DNA of 36,432 bases from Nemertoderma westbladi (lineage: Eukaryota > Animalia > Xenacoelomorpha). The notes below the pieces were generated by a model, which saw nothing but the letters and a program-made list of their open reading frames with translations, was not told the origin of the DNA and searched no databases. This document shows, in pieces, positions 32,271 to 36,432 of the stretch; positions within the stretch are counted from its first letter, which is position 1, and every line of letters begins with the position of its first letter. The stretch spans positions 1 to 36,432 of the forward strand of contig JAUCBJ010002099.1 of the NCBI GenBank assembly GCA_032718475.1, written 5' to 3'. A program made the position numbers and the translations under genes.

Positions 32271-34400
32271 ATGTCTGACACGAAACAAACACTGTCAGAT
32301 AGTCTCTTAGAAAGTGTTAGAATGAGTGTTAGACAGTGTCTTAAAAAGATCTGTGACCCAGATCAAAGTATAGAACATCCCAGACCAAAGTCCAAGTCCC
32401 CTCCTACTGTAAGAAAGGTCATCCCTCCAGTAGTAGTATCAGACCCTAGGCTAGTAAAGCACCATAGGTCTATTATAGGCACTAGGGCTCAAGTTAAAGC
32501 TGGACCAAGAGGCAGCTGTCAAACAGCAGCAGCACCTGAACCGAGAAATTATTTCTCAAAGGCCCGATAACTCTAGTAGTTCAGACACTGTAGAGTTGAC
32601 GCCCGAGATCGGAGCAAGGATGGCAGAAGCGGTTTATCCAGATCCACTTCTAATTCTTCTTGGAGCCGTACTCACTAGAGTATTGATCGCGGTGGAGGAA
32701 CATCAAATCGATTGGGCGAGAAGTAAGCGATTGACCAGGGACAGTTATGCGGGATATATGATGGAGGAACTGAGGTCTATTGTAGAAGCGCAATGGAACT
32801 TCCCTGGACCCGGACTCCCGTTTAACTTATCGGAAGCTGCCTGGGAGGACTTATACAGGATGGGGATAGTAAGGGACACCCGCGATCCAGCTGTGTGGAA
32901 GAGGCAGCAGCAGGATATGTCCAGGGATTCTTCAGCTCTTTGGAGCGATTAGAAGAACACCTATTTCAACAACGTCAAGGAACTCAAGAGCAGGGAGAGC
33001 TGCTTTATCAAGTGCGAGAATGAATCTTACGGATCAGATAAATCCTTTCAGCCTTTGAGGAAGCCTCGAAGAGAAGCCAAGACACGTCGTTGCAAGTGGC
33101 TGTAAAGACTTGGTTCCAATCGGTGAGTCTTAAGGTCCAGGGAACGACACAATGGAAAGTTTAGCTAACTGAGTGCATGACCCACGGAAAATCAACAGAC
33201 ACCACCTTTTCTCATGTGGAAGGCGAAGTGATATCCGAAAAACCTCAGAAGAAGGATGCGATTGACATCTATCTGTCGGATTATCAATGATTTATAGGTG
33301 ACAAATAACTCAGAAGACGACTAGCTGGACTTCATCCCAATAGTGAGGGAGCCAAATTCGTGTTAGATTCTTTAGATGCGGAAATATTAGCTGCAGAACA
33401 GGCTAAATTGGGTGAAAGCATCCTCATCGCTATGGACCAAGAAGAGCAAATAAAGAAAAGGCAAATAGAAGACTGAAAGTTAGCAACAGCGGCAGCGGCA
33501 GCAGCAGTGGCAGAATCTGAAAGGAAAGCGGCAGCGGCAGCAGCAGAATCCGAAAGAAACGCAGCGATGGCAGTGGAAGAAGCAGAATGGAAGGCATCTG
33601 AAGCGACAACCCAACTAGAGCTGGAGAATCTTCAGGCGAAGCAAGATTACTTAAATAAACAAAGAGCGGCTACTCAGATGCAGCTACTGAGTCGATCTAC
33701 TCCCAGAAGACAGGGATTTACCTCCTCCAATGAGGGTGATATAACAGATCCTGAAGGTAGAGATGATAAATCTCGTTCAAGCGGACGTAGAAGAACGCCA
33801 CACCGTCAGATGTTACCTAATTTACCACCTGCGGTGAGAAGGCAACTAGCTAGTGTAGACTTAAGTAATCCTGAACCCACAGACCAAATTATTAGAGTAG
33901 AAAGACTCCCTACTATAGTAGATGAGCCTGAAATAATTAGGCCTGTCCTCGAAGCCACTCCCTCTGTAATAGAGACCCCTGCACTTCCAGAACCTAACTC
34001 TAAATTCCCTTTGCACAGTACTAAACTACCTGCGCCTAGTAGACAAGCCCCAGAACCATATCCAGTCCTGAATGCCGAGCAAGACATAAATGACTTGTCT
34101 CCCGTCGTCCCCACGCGTCACCCGGCTACCACGTTGGCGGCTCCCGCGGCAGCAGTTGAGTGGGTGGACGAGGGACGGCGGGTGATGAATCGCCTGCTCG
34201 GGCAGCTGGAGGAACATAAACAACGTTCTTCCCAGCAGCAGCTTCCTCCTGGCGGCTCTTCCTTTCGATGGCAATGGGATCATATCGGTTCGTCATTCCA
34301 ACTCGGAGTTGCGAGCCTCAAGGAACCACTCTCCGTCACCGAACTCCTCTTTATACGAGTATAAGCGTCTAAGGACTTCGAATGGGCCGAATAATCCAGT
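32271..34400 (+). pseudogene. Decayed long ORF, gag-like / coiled-coil protein of a probable retroelement
   Basis: Three same-strand ORFs (32271-32570, 32596-32952, 33507-34364) are linked by a purine-rich frame with scattered stops; Ala/Glu coiled-coil followed by a Pro-rich tract. No diagnostic domain recognised, so identity is inference. Confidence 0.4.
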
Positions 34401-34563
34401 GCTCAGCAACAGATCCACGTAATGGAAGGGTAGCGTTGCCGTCGTATGGAGGCGCTCCGGGAAGGAAAAATACCCGCACGCCATCTCCTGCGCGATATTC
34501 CGAGCGTTTCTCCGCACTTTGGTCCTTATATTTGAACCCTCCCCCGTTATAGTAAAAAATTAT

Positions 34564-35615
34564 CCTTCTCCGGTAACATGGGGTATTTTTATACCCCAAA
34601 TTGATTATACCCCAAATTGATAAGACATTTTAAGTAACATTAAACAGAAAAACACTTACAACCCCCCTCCCAGAATTTGCCAAATGGTGAAAAAATAAGT
34701 TGTGAACTTTTTTTCTCAATTTGGTTGAAGTCTATCCAACGCTCAATGCCACAAAAGTTATCCCACTACAATCGCGATCATCGTTAACGTCGTGATGGGG
34801 CGTTTTGCAACAAAATACTATCATAGCAAAGCATTAGCTGTGATAGTGTTTCTCATTTTAGGTTTTTAGTGGTGTTATGGGTCAAGTACAGCCTGAAGTA
34901 TACCATTGCAGTTCCAATAAGCATAAAATGAGTCAAATACCAACACTAAAAGTCAACAAAGTGATATATATATACAGATATATCACCTCGCAATAGCACA
35001 AGATCTTGAATTGTAATATGAAATATACACCATGACTGCAAAAGTACTGATGATTTGGTCATAAAATGTGATTATTGTGCAACTAAATTATACATTGCAG
35101 TTTCAATGAACCCAAAATGAGACCCAAAAGGCCAGAACACCTCTAAGAAAGCCTACAATAAGAATTATTCGCATATACTTAGCAATCTATCGCATCGCGA
35201 TTAGGCTGAAGTCTTGGCTTGTGAAATACAGGCTGCACAATACAGTAGCTTCATAATACTGATAATTTGGTCTTAAAAGTCAAAGTTAAAACATGCCTCT
35301 AGCTGTCTAGTACAACTAAATCTACCATTGTGGTTCCAATGAAACCAAAATGAGTCACAAAGCACCACTAAACGAGCACCATAACATTATGGGGTATTTT
35401 TATACCCCATCTTACCTAACTAAGTTGTTTTCAAATTAAGGGCCCATAACATTTTTCATAAACAAAATTTTATGGGTTTGACCCACACAATCGTTAGATT
35501 ACAAGTTTTTTGGAAGATACTATGAAGTTGGACATACATATTATGAGAGATTGTCGAAAAATATCAAAAGTAATCCTCTTGGGATATTATTTTACCCCAC
35601 GTTACCGGGGGAAGG
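34564..35615. mobile_element. piggyBac-like MITE (second family)
   Basis: TTAT|CCTTCTCCGGTAACATGGGGTA ... TACCCCACGTTACCGGGGGAAGG|TTAA; GGGGTATTTTTATACCCC palindromes near the left end and near 35391; left TSD has one mismatch. Confidence 0.8.
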
Positions 35616-36150
35616 TTAAAAGATAATTTCGACCAGTTCTCTAAGCCAAAATAATATATTTTCCTTCTCAGCTAATTTGTTGGAGCCATTTTCGGATAGG
35701 AAAGTGACTCAAGGGTCATAAAATCCACAAGGTTGACTTTTGGGCAGCAACTAAGAAATTTAAATAACACTTAATTCGAAGATCTGCCAAAATGTTGTTA
35801 TCAGATTTTGATAAACGATACAAAGCGAAAGAAAGATAAACTACCAAACCTACTACAGGCAGCAGGTAGTTGGGAAAAGTGGAAGGACTGTGCCAGCACT
35901 AATTACTAAAGATATGATTCGTACCATCAGAATTATTATTAATATAAAATACAGACCAGCCGTTGATACTTTGCATGTGCCAACTATTGTAGTGAAATCT
36001 ACATTACTGGTCATGATGAATTGTCATTCAGTGTTCGCGCTTTCAGACCTTTGGCAGTTTAACCCGCCAAATTAGGATGTCTTCTAGATAATAAATCACC
36101 TTTAGCCTATGACAAGTATTTAATTCACTACACTAGTCGAAACCAATCTG

Positions 36151-36390
36151 TGCGCCATCATTCACCCGCTGGATATACCCGGGAGATTGGGTTCGACGGC
36201 TTAATTTTATTGCTATGTAAGCCTAATGTATTATTCGACTGACAGTATTATATAATCTCTGACAATATTATGCGCGATCATTCACCCGCTGGATATACCC
36301 GGGAGATTGGGTTCGACGGCTTAATTTTATTGCTATGTAAGCCTAATGTATTATTCGACTGACAGTATTATATAATCTCTGACAATATTA
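36151..36390 (+). repeat. Tandem duplication, 2 x 120 bp
   Basis: 36151-36270 and 36271-36390 are identical except for one base. Confidence 0.95.
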
Positions 36391-36432
36391 TTCACCTTCG
36401 GGGAATATTAACAGTTCCTTTAGGACGTGGCG

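Overview
AT-rich eukaryotic (probably invertebrate animal) DNA made almost entirely of nested transposable elements; no host gene, rRNA, tRNA or CRISPR array is supported. Main components: (1) a recent head-to-tail duplication with a ~12.4-13.2 kb period (2955-14717 ~ 16183-27074, ~99% identical). Each copy carries a spliced, pseudogenised Helitron Rep (HUH-Y2) gene on the minus strand, a 5'-truncated CRE-clade non-LTR retrotransposon (RT + CCHC + restriction-like endonuclease) on the plus strand, and several MITEs (CCCGGG-ended, piggyBac-like, Harbinger-like). Copy 1 alone has a 1043-bp foldback hAT MITE and a 2954-bp CCCGGG-TIR element carrying a second, decayed CRE fragment. (2) An apparently intact 3.68-kb Chapaev-type (RAG1/Transib-related) DNA transposon, 28007-31685, with ~405-bp TIRs that begin with the exact RSS heptamer CACAGTG, a 4-bp TSD and an uninterrupted 734-aa transposase. 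(3) A decayed gag-like long ORF, a piggyBac-like MITE and a 120-bp tandem duplication at the right end. Differences between the duplicated copies are dominated by CpG transitions, implying germline methylation of TE DNA. Family assignments come from motif recognition by eye; no database searches were run.
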